From NCBI GenBank assembly GCA_965222155.1, contig CBDCTH010000004.1:64001-128000 (forward strand): a DNA stretch of 64,000 nucleotides, read 5' to 3'. Within the stretch, counting starts at the first letter, position 1. Each line of letters begins with the position of its first letter. The translations under genes and the position numbers were made by a program. The notes beneath the pieces were generated by a model. The model did no database searches. It saw nothing but the letters and a program-made list of their open reading frames with translations, and had not been told where the DNA came from. This DNA is from Gammaproteobacteria bacterium. GTDB taxonomy: Bacteria; Pseudomonadota; Gammaproteobacteria; Eutrophobiales; Eutrophobiaceae. Of the stretch, positions 1 through 12,667 are shown piece after piece.

Positions 1-66
1 GTGGCGGAGTGACGCCATGCTGTGGTGGGGTGACACCGTGCTGTGGTGGAGTGACACTGTGCTGTG
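1..66. repeat. 21-bp minisatellite, ~3 copies (gtggYggRgtgacRcYRtgct)
   Basis: Direct reading of tandem units. Confidence 0.8.
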
Positions 67-521
67 TAGCAGTGAGAGGTGAGCCTTGTAGAGTGACTGA
101 GCCCTGTGGACTGCCTGATGCAGAAATCAATTGCCAGCTACACAAAAACAAAGCCAGTGAGATGACGTAATTTAAGGAATGAGGAGAGCGTCACCTGCCA
201 TAAAGCGAGTTTGTTGAGTTCTATAAAGTAACAGGCACATTTGTTAACACTAAACTAGCTGTTCATGTTCAACATACAAGACAGGTTGAGGAGATGCACA
301 AACTGCAGGCACATTTAGAAAATATGGATATACTGTGTATGTCTGATCTGGTTTAAAGATGACTTATGTACTGTACACTCTGTGGTTAGACACACGTAAA
401 TTCTGCAGTTGTGTACGTTCATCAGTCCGTCTCTGTTTCAATACAAGTGTCTTTGTCAACTTTACACTACAAGAAACTACCACCTCCTACAAAATCAATA
501 CTATTATTGTGCACAAGACAC

Positions 522-855
522 CTCTGCTCTGTTAGCAGCTGTTGATGATAGGGGGACTGAGATGGGATTTGACTTGTCAGCCCTTGCTACTGCTGGAACA
601 CTCTTTGGTCCAACATCATTTCTAAAGAAAGGTGGCTTCTTTCTTGGCTGTTGTGGCAACCTACAGCAACAACAACGTTGACATACGCAGTGATCTCACA
701 CGTCTCTTCAGCTTACGAGTGGCAAGATGGCCTTAAGCCATCACTTTGTCCTACAGCTTCAGCTCCAACCACAGCTGCACTGCTTGCAACACTGCCACTG
801 CCACTGCTGCCTGTGCTACTCAAACTGCTTGTACTACCAGCTAGATGGCTTGATC
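522..855 (-). CDS. Two exons (855-717, 660-522) of an unidentified eukaryotic gene, Ser/Gly/Pro-rich
   Basis: Acceptor ttttgttgtag; 56-nt intron gtaagc...gctgtag (716-661). Spliced product stays open: ...SSHLAGSTSSLSSTGSSGSG...CHS/LPQQPRRKPPFFRND...NRAE. Unspliced frame stops at the donor. Confidence 0.6.
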
Positions 856-3446
856 CTACAACAAAAGACTTTCAGCACTGAAGAAGAGAATGTGAAGCTA
901 TTAAATTAACCGTTTATTCACTTCAGCTTCAACACTTGCATGGATAGAATAACACTAATGTTTCCAACTTGTAATATGATGTATATTGAAGTCTACAACT
1001 CCCTACAGGCGGAGGATTGTATACCTACGTAATACCATAGGTAGATTCACATACTTTCTATCCTGCATCCAAGGTTTGTTGAATCTAACAAACAGTCATT
1101 TTTTCAAAAGCCTACTGGTCATACCTTCCCCCCAGGCTAACAGCACTCTGACATTAGAACCTCTGTACATGAGACCTTGCAAAGGACAAAGAAGGTTCTG
1201 CTAAGAGGCCATATCTGCAAACCATATTCTGAACAGAAGAGTGATTCATAGAACTTCCACTGCCACAGGATACCAACAGACAGCCAAACCATACATCTTC
1301 AACTACAGTCATTCCTATCACTAAACCTGCTCAACCAAATCAATCTGTCTAAAGTCTACTGCTAGTGTGAAGTTGCTGGAAGCAAATCCCAAAGCACAGC
1401 TTTCTGTATACAAGTACTACAGGTTGTGTTGACCTGGAATACTGTCCAGCTGTGATCTGGTATTAGCTAAAGGCAGCAGGGTATCTGTAGCACAACAGCA
1501 CACAGCTACCTATCATTGTTACACAGTACTAATGACAGGAAAACAGAGAAATGACACTGATATTCACAAATTATGCCACCCAGTTAATTGAAAATCTACC
1601 CGTTTGGTCTCACTAAAAACAGACTTCAGTCCCAGTTTACCTAAGTATTTTAATTGCCTAAGACTTAATTAATTAATTAAGATCTGGTAGTGGCTGACAA
1701 GAACGCTTAATCTATGGCAACAGGTATCAGACAACTTGCCTTGCAGGACTCCTTCAGCAGCCACCTCTGAATCACACTGACTGATACGATTTCTGTAGAG
1801 TTTTTACTTGCATTGAACATAAACAGTGTAGTGGAAGGTGAGCAGTGACCAACCTGTGGACACTGAACAGTGAATACTCATCAGAATATATTTGGTTCAA
1901 GAAATGAAAACAAAAGAACAAAATCTGCAACGGTCAAATTGTGACAAAAACATATCAAGATTTCAGCCAGGCATCTTACTTCCTCCCCTTTATTAAGTCT
2001 TGTTGACAGCTGGTGCCTAGGATGTTACTCCTATCAGCTATGAATGCACTACATCATGTACAACAAATGACAACTCACCCAAAGAGCAGCCAGTCATAGG
2101 CCAATGTTAAATAGAGAATTTCTGATGCGTTCAGAGACTGGTGAATCAAATTGTCCTATCACAGAGACAAGACTTCACAACAAAGGCCTAAGAAAGTTTG
2201 AAACACATCCACAGCAACTTACTGCCCACAGTGAGAGTCTAATGAGTGAAATAAACAGTGGTGTCCTGTCCCAGCCTGAGATGCAGTGAACAAGGAGACC
2301 ACCATCTCCTGAGAAAGTTCACAAATACTACACTGTATGACATGCTGAATGCAACTTCAGCCACACTATCAATATATGGACACTGGAAAATACAAGGACC
2401 TCAAGACAGGCAGACAGAGATAGACCAACAGACAGACAAACAATCAAACTGACAAACAGGTTGCTTATAAGCAACAACATGAAATTCACAAAACCTACCT
2501 GTGCGTAGAAGATACAAGAAGAGTTTCAAGTAGTTCTGAGTTATTTTTGTCAGATTCCACATCTAAACAGCGCAGCATTCACCATACATTGCCATCACAG
2601 TCAAAGTAGGTTACCACCTATGTCAGCCATTCACCTTATAATCTTTCCACTGTATTGAAAGTTTGTCCTTCACATCAGCAGGAATATCCATGGTTGTATT
2701 GATAAAAGGCTGACAGGCCACAAGGACTACTGACTAACTGATAGCAAAGCACAGTCTACTGCAACAACCAACCTGTGTCCAATCAAAGTGAACTCTGTCA
2801 CACACATAATCGTGAGTTTTGAGCTCACCGAATAGTTCACAACCTGAGACAAGAAGTGCTTAGTGAATCTGTCACATCACGTCCACACATCACATCTTTG
2901 TGTTTGTCTGTTTGTCTGCTTGTAGGCATATCATGAAATGGAAATGAAATGGAAATGGTGGAAATGGAATGGAATGGAAAACGCGTGCGTTTTTACTGTA
3001 TACCTTCATCTAAATCTAGTTCTATACATTCTTTTCAACATCTGTGCTAGATACTTTACAGTTTGTGCTGACTAAAAGAGTTTTGTCTGGCCAACTTCCC
3101 TGTCTACCTGTCTATCTATTTCTCATTCCTTTGTCTACGCTATATACTATAGAAAATAAATCACCTGGGTAGGGAACTGACAAAACCCTGAAGTCAGCAT
3201 AGCGCCGTTCTTTGTCAACCTTCTCAGATGACGTCACTCTACAAACACAACTGCAAGACTTTCCTTCACAGCTAGTCAATACACCAACTTACGTCATTCC
3301 AAACTTTACTTTCTTCTGTTCAACCATCAGATCACAGATATACTCAACTCCAAGCAATTTCAACAGCCGGATATCTTCTCCCCGAACACGGTCAAACAGC
3401 TCCCAGTCACCAACAGCAGCTCTACAAATCAACTCTGTCTCAATTT

Positions 3447-3479
3447 ACAGACACAGACACAGACACAGACACAGACACA
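3447..3479. repeat. (ACAGAC)n microsatellite
   Basis: Direct reading. Confidence 0.9.
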
Positions 3480-6400
3480 AGGCACATCCACACCAGGCAG
3501 GCTTATGTTTGATCTGGACCTGATCTAGGACTTGACCAGTGTCTCAGAACTATCTGCCACTCTTACACTGAGTCTACAGGGCTACAGTAAAAATGTGGCA
3601 AAGCAGAAGCAAACATGGCTACATAAGAGACAGAGCTCATGCTCAACATCCAGCCAGATGTGGCTGTCAATCTCCAAGATTTTTGGTGCCACTTGACAAT
3701 ACAGCTATAGCTTTGGAGAAATCTCTGCTGTCTGTGAGCACATCCCATGGCTTTACTGCAGTCGCTAAACCATATTTCCGAGATCAACAGCATTCTTCCC
3801 AAGCACATCTCACATGCATCACCAAACAAGGAAACTTGACAGAAGTTGGGAAATAAGGTACACAATGAAGTTCCTAGAATTAGGAGAAGTACGGACACTT
3901 AAGGCTACTGTAAATGTAAACATGTTCGAACTTCAAGGACACTTCATGAAGGGTGAAAATACAAGGTGGCTCAACCCTCAGTGTGAATGCACCTTTAGAC
4001 ACAGACAAAGTCTTAGGCACTCCCAAAAACCTTGATGGGGCACACGTAGTTGGAACAAAGGCATAGGAAACACCATGTTTAGGTATCACAGATACTGTAC
4101 TCTATATAATTTCCCCCTCTGATGAGAAAAAGATTGGAAGATATGAATTCAATTGATACCACCCTATACTAAAGACTGTGTTCCACTTCATGAACATGAA
4201 AAGTTGGAAATTCTCGAGCTCAACATATGGATGTGGTGGCAACACTTGCAGGGCCAGCTCCTCCTCTTTTACTACAAAAAGGGAAGAATTGACTATTAAC
4301 TTGTACTGCCAGCACTTCACCTCCATCTCTGGCATGCCTCAGTTGAGTCAATGTTCTCTGATGCCATTGACATAAAAGAATCTATGCTTGCTGAAAAGGC
4401 CCGTTATTGTTTTTGTACAATCCTGCATGACTGCCATTTTCAGGCACTTTCTAGTTACAGTAGAACAGTTCAATGGAACACACTATTAAGCTAAATGTTC
4501 TAACCTTGCTATGGACTTCAGAACAGCTGGTTCACCGTTGTCATTACTACCATTATCTGTTGATGACGAGTCACCCCCTTAGAAACAATGAATGGCTAAT
4601 GGTAACAGTTTGGACTCACAACTAAAAAGTAGAAACCCACCTCTAGAGAAGAGCCAACCAAGACCTGACCGGCCATACATTTCTGCTCCACTGGAGAGAG
4701 TTGACGAACGACAAATGTACTGTATACACCAAACAGACAGTCAATATCAATTAATCAAACTGTGCTGGTCTGCACTCATGCTGCACTGTCATTGCCAATA
4801 GCCATAGTTCTAGCCAGAGCCAATCAAGCTGGCAAAATGCCAGCTGGCTCATTACTCTGCCGTCTAGGGAAGTTCTACGAGTTGAATTTGCCGGCTGTTA
4901 GCATCAATAGTTGCCAGAGCAGAAGAACTATGGTGTCTTTTAGTGTTGCTGTCTGTCAGTTGCTAAGCTGAACCTGTTGCTGTGCCATATACAGTGGTAT
5001 ACAAGTGTTGTCGGCACATACACAATGGTCTCATGTAACCAGACCCTCTGCGCCTCTTTCTGTTCCTGCTACACAGAGTGTAGTCTAATTCGTCAGTAAT
5101 GGCATTGCACTCACACCATCTGAGAAGCTACCTGCTGGACTGCACCTGCATGCATGCAGGAATGGCCAAGACACGACCACAGTTGGAATGCTCTGTGAGA
5201 GAACCAGTCTACTATTACACCTATAGGTGGGCAACCGGTTCCTAAAGTCATGGATGCATATGTCTAAACTTTGCTTCTTGATCGCTGTAGATCCTGAGAG
5301 AAATGTAATGTTATGAATCCTAGGTCCTTCATTCATGAGTGGTTCATTTAGGTCAAATTAATGTTTAGAATAGACTGACTTTTTTAGTTGCTAATGGAAT
5401 TTCAGGACAAGTGGGCTGAGTCATAGATTTCCAACTTTGCCAGCTGGGAATAATTTCTGGCTAGAACACTGATATTAACCATGCTCTAGAAATGAGCATT
5501 TCACTGTCACTATGATGCTTCACCGTATCTGCCCATAACTTCAACATGTGATAGAGCATACCCCTTCCACGTGATACATTTGGCAATGCATATCATAACT
5601 AGTGACTTCCTAGAAGGTTCTGGGAACCAGATAGAATTGAACACTTCTGATTTGCTGCAAAGGTAGGTGGAGTTTGCAGCAATTGGTACTGTAGTTATCT
5701 TATTGCCCTGCTTACTGAAATAGTCTTTTGTTCTTCACCCACCTATAATTCAAATTGGAAGCAAAACCATGCACAAGAGAAGCTGAAACATGCATGGGAG
5801 TGTAGAAAGAAGATCAAAGAAAATGAATCCAAACCACCACTGGGAAGTAACCTGATCAACAGCTTTGTCTCTTAGACCCCATGTTGCCATTGCATGCACC
5901 TGGGAGAGTCTCAGTTTCGTAGATTGTCCCATTATCACTACAACAGCAGGTGCATAACAGGAGCAATGTTCAATCATATCAGCTTTGGTGATACTCCATC
6001 TCTGCTTCTATATAAATATTCAAAATGCTGTAGTGTACACTTTTCCTTGACCGCTGGCAGAGGAGTCATCATCAAAAGTCTACTCCATTGCTGCTGCTTT
6101 TCCACAAATCTACTGTATAAGGCCATATTAAATTGCTATTGGGCACCTCTTTCAAAGAATGAAAAAGCCAAGACAAAATCAGAAACTTTGTTTTTCAATG
6201 AGGCCAAGTGCATATACCATCCATCACTTAAGCAGTGACCTATACTGTAATTCAGTCCCTACTGTACAGTTCCAAACCTCTTGTGTACCTTTCCTCTTAC
6301 TTTAGACTCCCACCACATCAAAATGCCTGGGGACAACTTCACATGCAGTACAAGAACAGTGAGCATGTACTGTAAAGGTTGCCTCTATAAAATGAGCATC

Positions 6401-7207
6401 CACAGGTCCAACTGCAGCTTCTAAAATACCAAGTTACAATAACAAATAAATTCTACTGTGTAAATTGGGGTCTTCTTGGCTGGACAAATCCACAATGAAA
6501 TGGCTGCATGCACAAGTGTACTTGGGATACTCATACAAGTGCAGTGCACGGTATACACCTTTTGTTACCATCAAAAGCCCAATATCATGTATGTTTCAAT
6601 GCTGAGTAATGATTACAGCAGGATTCCGCATTTGTGACTGTTAGGAGGAGAACTTCTCTAGTTGTACACCTACTAGGCTAGTACATTAGAAGTTGGAAAT
6701 ACAGCCTAAAAGTAAAGGTGGATAATGCCACATAAATTTACAATAACAGCTGTTGTCATCACTTTACTAATTCGACTGTGCCATGCCAATGACTGAATCA
6801 AACACAGGTCATTGACAACACTTCATAATTGACACCGCACATTCACCTTGTTTCCATAAAGAATAACAGGAACAACAAATCGAGAACGACATCTTGCAAA
6901 ACGAGCCTTCTGCATGATGTCACTCAGATGATTGGCAGCAGCGCCTGGTCCTTCAACGCCTGCACTGCTGAACAGTCTCTTACTAGAAGCACTGGCTGTC
7001 GATAAAATCTCACTAAAACTTAGCAGCAGTTCCACAATAAAAAGTAGGTAAAGCCAGGAGACAAAACTATTCACTTGCTTGCTCTTTCTGAATGATTTCT
7101 GTCAGGAATGATAAGCTTTCCTGGATAATGGGAACATAGCTCACCTGATGTGTTGGAAATTGTCTGCATCAAGCCAAGGGACCAATTAAATAATGAAGAG
7201 ACAATTG

Positions 7208-7465
<258 letters not shown>

Positions 7466-8088
7466 ACATAATTAATTATATTATGTCTTAAAATTATCAT
7501 TTGACATTAATTCATTTATCTTGATACTTTAGACACTTAGTCTGATGACTTTTGCTGTTTGACTCTAATTATGTATGAGAGGACTTTATTGGTCCTATAT
7601 ATGACTCAAGTAGTTTAGTTCCTTATGATTGTAATAGCTCTCATGTTTGAAAATATATGTATTGGACAGACAGACAGACAGACAGACAGACATTCTTCAA
7701 GTTTCACACTCTGTCAGAAATGTGACTTGGAGTCTATGTAGGCTAGGTTGCAATGTACCAATGCAAACTGTGGACTGTCGTGTATAAAGAGCTTGGTGAA
7801 GATGGCTAACATCTAATCACACACAAAACAGAAGGTGGTCTCTTTAACATGCACAGCTCAGTTTTGTCTACATCATCCAAATACTTAAAGGGACACTCAG
7901 TTGAAGTGCGTAGATGTGGCCAAGCAGGAACCATACCACAAAATAGTAACTCTCCAAAATCCATTCCATTTTGATTTGGAGCCAGACCAGAGAAAAAGTT
8001 CAATGATAAACAATTCTATACATCACAGCTAAATGTCCCCAGTTCACTTCCACCTAGACTTCTTTAGATCAGAATCAGGAGCAGTACC

Positions 8089-9621
8089 ATGACAGACAAA
8101 TTAATTATCTTTGATACCACCTTGCGTGACGGCGAGCAAAGTCCCGGCGCGTCCATGACCCGTGGTGAGAAAATGCGCATAGCCAAGGCGCTGGAGAAAT
8201 TGCGGGTGGACGTGATTGAGGCGGGCTTCCCGATTGCCAGCGGCGGGGATTTCGAGGCCGTCAGGTCGGTGGCGGAAATTATCAAAGACAGCACGGTTTG
8301 CGGCCTGGCGCGTACCGGCTACCAGGACATCGACGCGGCGGCAGAGGCCCTCAAGCCGGCGCGCTCTGCGCGCATCCATACGTTTATCGCCACTTCGCCC
8401 ATCCATATGGAGCGAAAGTTGATGATGCAGCCGGACGAGGTGGTCGAGGCTGCGGTAAAGGCGGTAAAAAGGGCAAAAAAATATACCGATGACGTCGAGT
8501 TTTCACCTGAGGATGCCGGTCGCTCGGAGCTCGATTTCCTGTGCCGGATCATTGAGGCGGTCATCGCCGCCGGCGCCACTACCGTCAACATCCCGGATAC
8601 GGTGGGCTACAGCATCCCCACCCAGTTCGGGGAAACTATCGGCAGTATTATCGAGCGGGTGCCCAATTCCGACAAGGCGGTGTTTTCGGTACATTGCCAC
8701 AACGACCTGGGTCTTGCCGTGGCCAATTCCCTGGCCGCGGTCATGCACGGCGCCAGGCAGGTGGAGTGCACCATCAACGGGCTGGGAGAGCGCGCGGGGA
8801 ATGCCTCCCTGGAAGAGATTGTCATGGCAGTGAAGACACGCAAGGATTATTTCCCTTGCAGCACCGGGCTGGATACGACCGAGATCGTGAACTGCTCAAA
8901 ACTGGTATCGAACGTGACGGGTTTCCCGGTACAACCGAACAAGGCCGTGGTAGGCGCCAATGCCTTTGCCCACGAAGCCGGCATTCACCAGGATGGCGTG
9001 ATCAAGAGCCGGGAGACCTACGAGATCATGCGCGCCCAGGACGTCGGCTGGTCAACCAATCGCCTGGTTCTAGGTAAACATTCGGGCCGCAATGCATTCC
9101 GCACCAGATTAAAGGAAATCGGGTTTGAATTCTCCAGTGAAAAAGAACTGAATAACGCCTTTATCAAGTTCAAGGACCTGGCAGACAAGAAACATGAAAT
9201 TTATGATGAGGACCTCCAGGCTATCGTTACCGATAACATGCAGGGCGAGGAAGAAAAAATCAGGCTGGTGTCACTGAGGGTGGTAACGGAAACTGGCGAG
9301 ACGCCCCAGGCCGAATTGACCTTGTCCATTGACGGCGAGGAAACGCCGGGCATATCCCAGGGAGACGGTCCTGTCGACGCGGTTTTCAAGGCCATAGAGA
9401 CTTTAGTGTCCAGCGGCTGTGAATTACAGTTGTTCTCCGTTAACAATATTACCGGTGGGACCGATTCCCAGGGAGAAGTGACGGTGCGCGTGAACAAAGA
9501 CGGCCATGTCATAAATGGCCGGGGTTCGGATACGGACATCGTCACAGCGTCGGCAAAAGCGTATATCAACGCGATAAACCGGGCTTATTCGATCAGCAGC
9601 AAAATTCATCCCCAGGTATGA
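8089..9621 (+). CDS. leuA: 2-isopropylmalate synthase
   Basis: [27 protein letters not shown] motifs; C-terminal regulatory domain GDGPVDA; RBS aggag upstream. Confidence 0.97.
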   Translation: MTDKLIIFDTTLRDGEQSPGASMTRGEKMRIAKALEKLRVDVIEAGFPIASGGDFEAVRSVAEIIKDSTVCGLARTGYQDIDAAAEALKPARSARIHTFIATSPIHMERKLMMQPDEVVEAAVKAVKRAKKYTDDVEFSPEDAGRSELDFLCRIIEAVIAAGATTVNIPDTVGYSIPTQFGETIGSIIERVPNSDKAVFSVHCHNDLGLAVANSLAAVMHGARQVECTINGLGERAGNASLEEIVMAVKTRKDYFPCSTGLDTTEIVNCSKLVSNVTGFPVQPNKAVVGANAFAHEAGIHQDGVIKSRETYEIMRAQDVGWSTNRLVLGKHSGRNAFRTRLKEIGFEFSSEKELNNAFIKFKDLADKKHEIYDEDLQAIVTDNMQGEEEKIRLVSLRVVTETGETPQAELTLSIDGEETPGISQGDGPVDAVFKAIETLVSSGCELQLFSVNNITGGTDSQGEVTVRVNKDGHVINGRGSDTDIVTASAKAYINAINRAYSISSKIHPQV

Positions 9622-10382
9622 GGTTGACACCCCGGCAACATCATTATATTCAGGCCCTCGGCATCGAGGTATACAGGGTTCGAAATACAGAGCATAAAGA
9701 ACAGAGTCTAAAGGGGACAGATTTGAAATCTGTCCCCGGTCGTACACTGGATACCGGCGTGATTGACGAGGGCCATTCCGTTAGAGCAGGTGGGATTGCC
9801 GTGCAGCAGGGAGACGGGATGGCGCTTGACTGGGAGGCTTTGCAGCGTAAGGTGGCCGGGTGTCGCTTGTGTCAGCTGCATGAAGGCAGGACGCAGACGG
9901 TGTTTGGGGTGGGTGACGTGAATGCGGACTGGATGCTGATCGGCGAGGCGCCGGGGGCCGAGGAGGACCGGCGCGGCGAACCCTTTGTCGGCAGGGCCGG
10001 AAAGTTACTTGATGCCATGCTTCAGGCGGTGGGTCTTGCCCGGGATGAGGTGTTCATTGCCAACATCCTCAAATGCCGCCCGCCCAATAATCGCGACCCC
10101 AGGCCCGAGGAAGTCCTGTCCTGCGAGAATTATCTCGTGCAACAGATAAACACCATTAAACCCAGGCTGATACTGGCCCTCGGCCGGGTTGCCGCCCAGA
10201 ATCTGCTCAAGAGCGAAACCCCCATCGGAAAAATGCGCGGCAAGCGTTACCACTACGGTGATCCCCCCGTTCCGGTCGTGGTAACATATCACCCTGCCTA
10301 CCTGTTACGTTCACCGCGGGAGAAAAAGAAATCCTGGCAGGATTTGCAGTTGGCAATGACGATATATAAAGAGCAATCGTGA
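9618..10382 (+). CDS. Uracil-DNA glycosylase family 4
   Basis: CRLCQL Fe-S cysteines, [27 protein letters not shown]. Confidence 0.93.
   Translation: MRLTPRQHHYIQALGIEVYRVRNTEHKEQSLKGTDLKSVPGRTLDTGVIDEGHSVRAGGIAVQQGDGMALDWEALQRKVAGCRLCQLHEGRTQTVFGVGDVNADWMLIGEAPGAEEDRRGEPFVGRAGKLLDAMLQAVGLARDEVFIANILKCRPPNNRDPRPEEVLSCENYLVQQINTIKPRLILALGRVAAQNLLKSETPIGKMRGKRYHYGDPPVPVVVTYHPAYLLRSPREKKKSWQDLQLAMTIYKEQS
9713..9737. repeat. REP-like palindrome ggggacagattt-g-aaatctgtcccc inside the UDG gene
   Basis: Perfect 12-bp arms; near-identical copy at 12632-12656, related copy at ~63728-63745. Confidence 0.85.
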
Positions 10383-10846
10383 GCGCAGCGCTGAATGATG
10401 TCCAACTGGATTTGCGACCTATGGTGGAAACCGATTTAAGTGGTATATTGCAGATTGAGTATGCGGCGTATGCGTTTCCGTGGAACAGGAACATCTTCAA
10501 GGGTTGCTTGCGGGATGACTATTGCTGCCGGGTCGTGGAACTGGATGGGGATTTAGCCGGTTATGCGATCATGTCCATGGGCAAGGATGAGGCGCATCTC
10601 CTGAATTTGTGTGTGGACCCCGGACGACACAGGATGGGGCTGGGGGGCTATTTATTGAATTTCATGCTTGACTCCGCCCGAAAGAACAAAGCCGAAACCA
10701 CGTTTTTAGAGGTGCGTCCGTCCAATACGGCTGCGCGGGGGTTTTATGAAAGGAGCGGTTTTGTAGAAGTAGGGTTGCGCGCCAATTATTATCCCGCCAT
10801 GTTCGGCCGGGAAGACGCCATCATCATGGCTCGGGAAACGGTGTAA
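10379..10846 (+). CDS. rimI: Ribosomal protein S18 alanine N-acetyltransferase
   Basis: GNAT: AFPW, EAHLLNLCV, FLEVRPSN, REDAIIM. Confidence 0.93.
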   Translation: MSAALNDVQLDLRPMVETDLSGILQIEYAAYAFPWNRNIFKGCLRDDYCCRVVELDGDLAGYAIMSMGKDEAHLLNLCVDPGRHRMGLGGYLLNFMLDSARKNKAETTFLEVRPSNTAARGFYERSGFVEVGLRANYYPAMFGREDAIIMARETV

Positions 10847-10850
10847 GGCA

Positions 10851-11768
10851 ATGTCTGCGATAACGTCAGCCGGTGGCGGGGATTATCCGACTATCGACTC
10901 CAGCATCGGCAATACCCCGCTGGTAAGACTGCAACGCCTGCCCGGCGCTACCACCAATACCATCCTGGCAAAGCTGGAAGGGAATAACCCGGCAGGTTCG
11001 GTCAAGGACCGGCCCGCGTTGAGCATGATCCAACGGGCAGAATCACGCGGCGAAATCAAACCCGGTGATGTGTTGATCGAGGCGACCAGCGGCAACACGG
11101 GTATCGCTTTGGCGATGGCGGCTGCCATTCGCGGCTACCGGATGATCCTGATCATGCCGGACAACCTGAGCGGTGAGCGCAGACGCACCATGCGGGCCTT
11201 CGGCGCCGAGCTTATACTGGTTACCAAGAAAGAAGGCATGGAAGGCGCCCGCGACCTGGCTGAGAATATGGAAAAAGAAGGGAAGGGGAGGATACTGGAC
11301 CAGTTTGCCAACCCGGATAATCCGTTGGCCCACTACGAAGGTACCGGTCCGGAAATCTGGCGCGACACACAAGGCAGCGTGACCCATTTTGTCAGTGCCA
11401 TGGGCACGACAGGGACAATTATGGGGGTATCGAGATATTTAAAGGAAAAGAATGACCAGGTGCAAATCGTCGGGGTACAACCGGCAGGCGATGAAAATAT
11501 CCCCGGCATCCGGCGCTGGCCGAAGGCGTATCTGCCCAGGATCTTCCAGAAAGAGCGGGTTGACAGAATAATTGACGTCACACCGGCGGAAGCGGAAGAC
11601 ATGACCCGGCGACTGGCGGATGAGGAAGGCATATTTGCAGGTATTTCCTCAGGCGGCGCCATATCCGCCGCATTGCGATTGTCCGGCGAAATAGAAAACG
11701 CCATTATCGTAGTTATCATCTGTGACCGCGGTGACCGCTATCTTTCCTCAACAGTCTTCCCGGATTGA
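10851..11768 (+). CDS. cysM: Cysteine synthase B
   Basis: IGNTPLV, KLEGNNPAGSVKDRPA, MGTTGT, IPGIRRWP, CDRGDRYLS. Confidence 0.95.
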   Translation: MSAITSAGGGDYPTIDSSIGNTPLVRLQRLPGATTNTILAKLEGNNPAGSVKDRPALSMIQRAESRGEIKPGDVLIEATSGNTGIALAMAAAIRGYRMILIMPDNLSGERRRTMRAFGAELILVTKKEGMEGARDLAENMEKEGKGRILDQFANPDNPLAHYEGTGPEIWRDTQGSVTHFVSAMGTTGTIMGVSRYLKEKNDQVQIVGVQPAGDENIPGIRRWPKAYLPRIFQKERVDRIIDVTPAEAEDMTRRLADEEGIFAGISSGGAISAALRLSGEIENAIIVVIICDRGDRYLSSTVFPD

Positions 11769-11827
11769 ATACCCACCACCATACCGGCGAAAGCCGGTAT
11801 CCAGTGAATAGGCTACCCACATGAACT

Positions 11828-12610
11828 ATGAATACCCTCGTATTTGACATCGAAACCATCCCGGATCTGGCAAGCGGCCGGCGTCTGTACAACCTGGACG
11901 GTCTTCCGGACAGGGACACCGCGGAAGTTATGTTCAAAAACCGCCGCCAGGAGACGGATAACACCTCTGACTTCCTGCGCCTGCACTTACACCGGGTCGT
12001 AGCGATCTCAGTCGTGCTGGCGACCCGCGATAATGTCAGTGTCTGGTCACTGGGCGCGCCGGAATCCGAAGAGGTGGAACTGGTACAGCGTTTTTTTGAC
12101 GGGATTGAAAAATATACGCCGACGCTGGTGTCCTGGAACGGGCGCGGTTTTGACCTTCCCGTACTGCATTATCGCTCATTGCTGCACGGCATTCAGGCGC
12201 CGAGGTACTGGGAGACCGGCGATGAGGATCAGAGTTTTCGCTGGAATAATTACATCAACCGCTTTCACCAGCGCCATACGGACTTGATGGACGTGCTGGC
12301 CGGCTACGAGATGCGCGCCGCCGCACCGTTGAACGAAATTGCCTCCATGCTGGGTTTCCCCGGTAAAATGGGGATGGCGGGAGGCAAGGTATGGGATTGC
12401 TACCAGTCCGGTGATATCGAGGCGATCCGCGCTTACTGTGAAACGGATGTCCTGAATACGTATCTCGTCTACCTGCGCTACCAGCTCATCTGCGGGCGTT
12501 ATTCCGATCAGACCTTCCAGGCAGAATGTGATCGCCTGAAACAGGTGCTGGCAGGCGAAAACAAAGCGCACCTGACGGCATTTCTCGAAGCCTGGGAAAG
12601 TGCTGAATAG
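11828..12610 (+). CDS. PolB-like 3'-5' exonuclease family protein
   Basis: FDIETIP, WNGRGFDLPVL, HTDLMD, YCETDV (DEDDy motifs). Confidence 0.9.
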   Translation: MNTLVFDIETIPDLASGRRLYNLDGLPDRDTAEVMFKNRRQETDNTSDFLRLHLHRVVAISVVLATRDNVSVWSLGAPESEEVELVQRFFDGIEKYTPTLVSWNGRGFDLPVLHYRSLLHGIQAPRYWETGDEDQSFRWNNYINRFHQRHTDLMDVLAGYEMRAAAPLNEIASMLGFPGKMGMAGGKVWDCYQSGDIEAIRAYCETDVLNTYLVYLRYQLICGRYSDQTFQAECDRLKQVLAGENKAHLTAFLEAWESAE

Positions 12611-12631
12611 CCTGTACAGGCTCAGATATCC

Positions 12632-12656
12632 GGGGACAGATTTCAAATCTGTCCCC
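12632..12656. repeat. REP-like palindrome between convergent genes
   Basis: ggggacagattt-c-aaatctgtcccc. Confidence 0.85.
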
Positions 12657-12667
12657 GATCAGCAATA

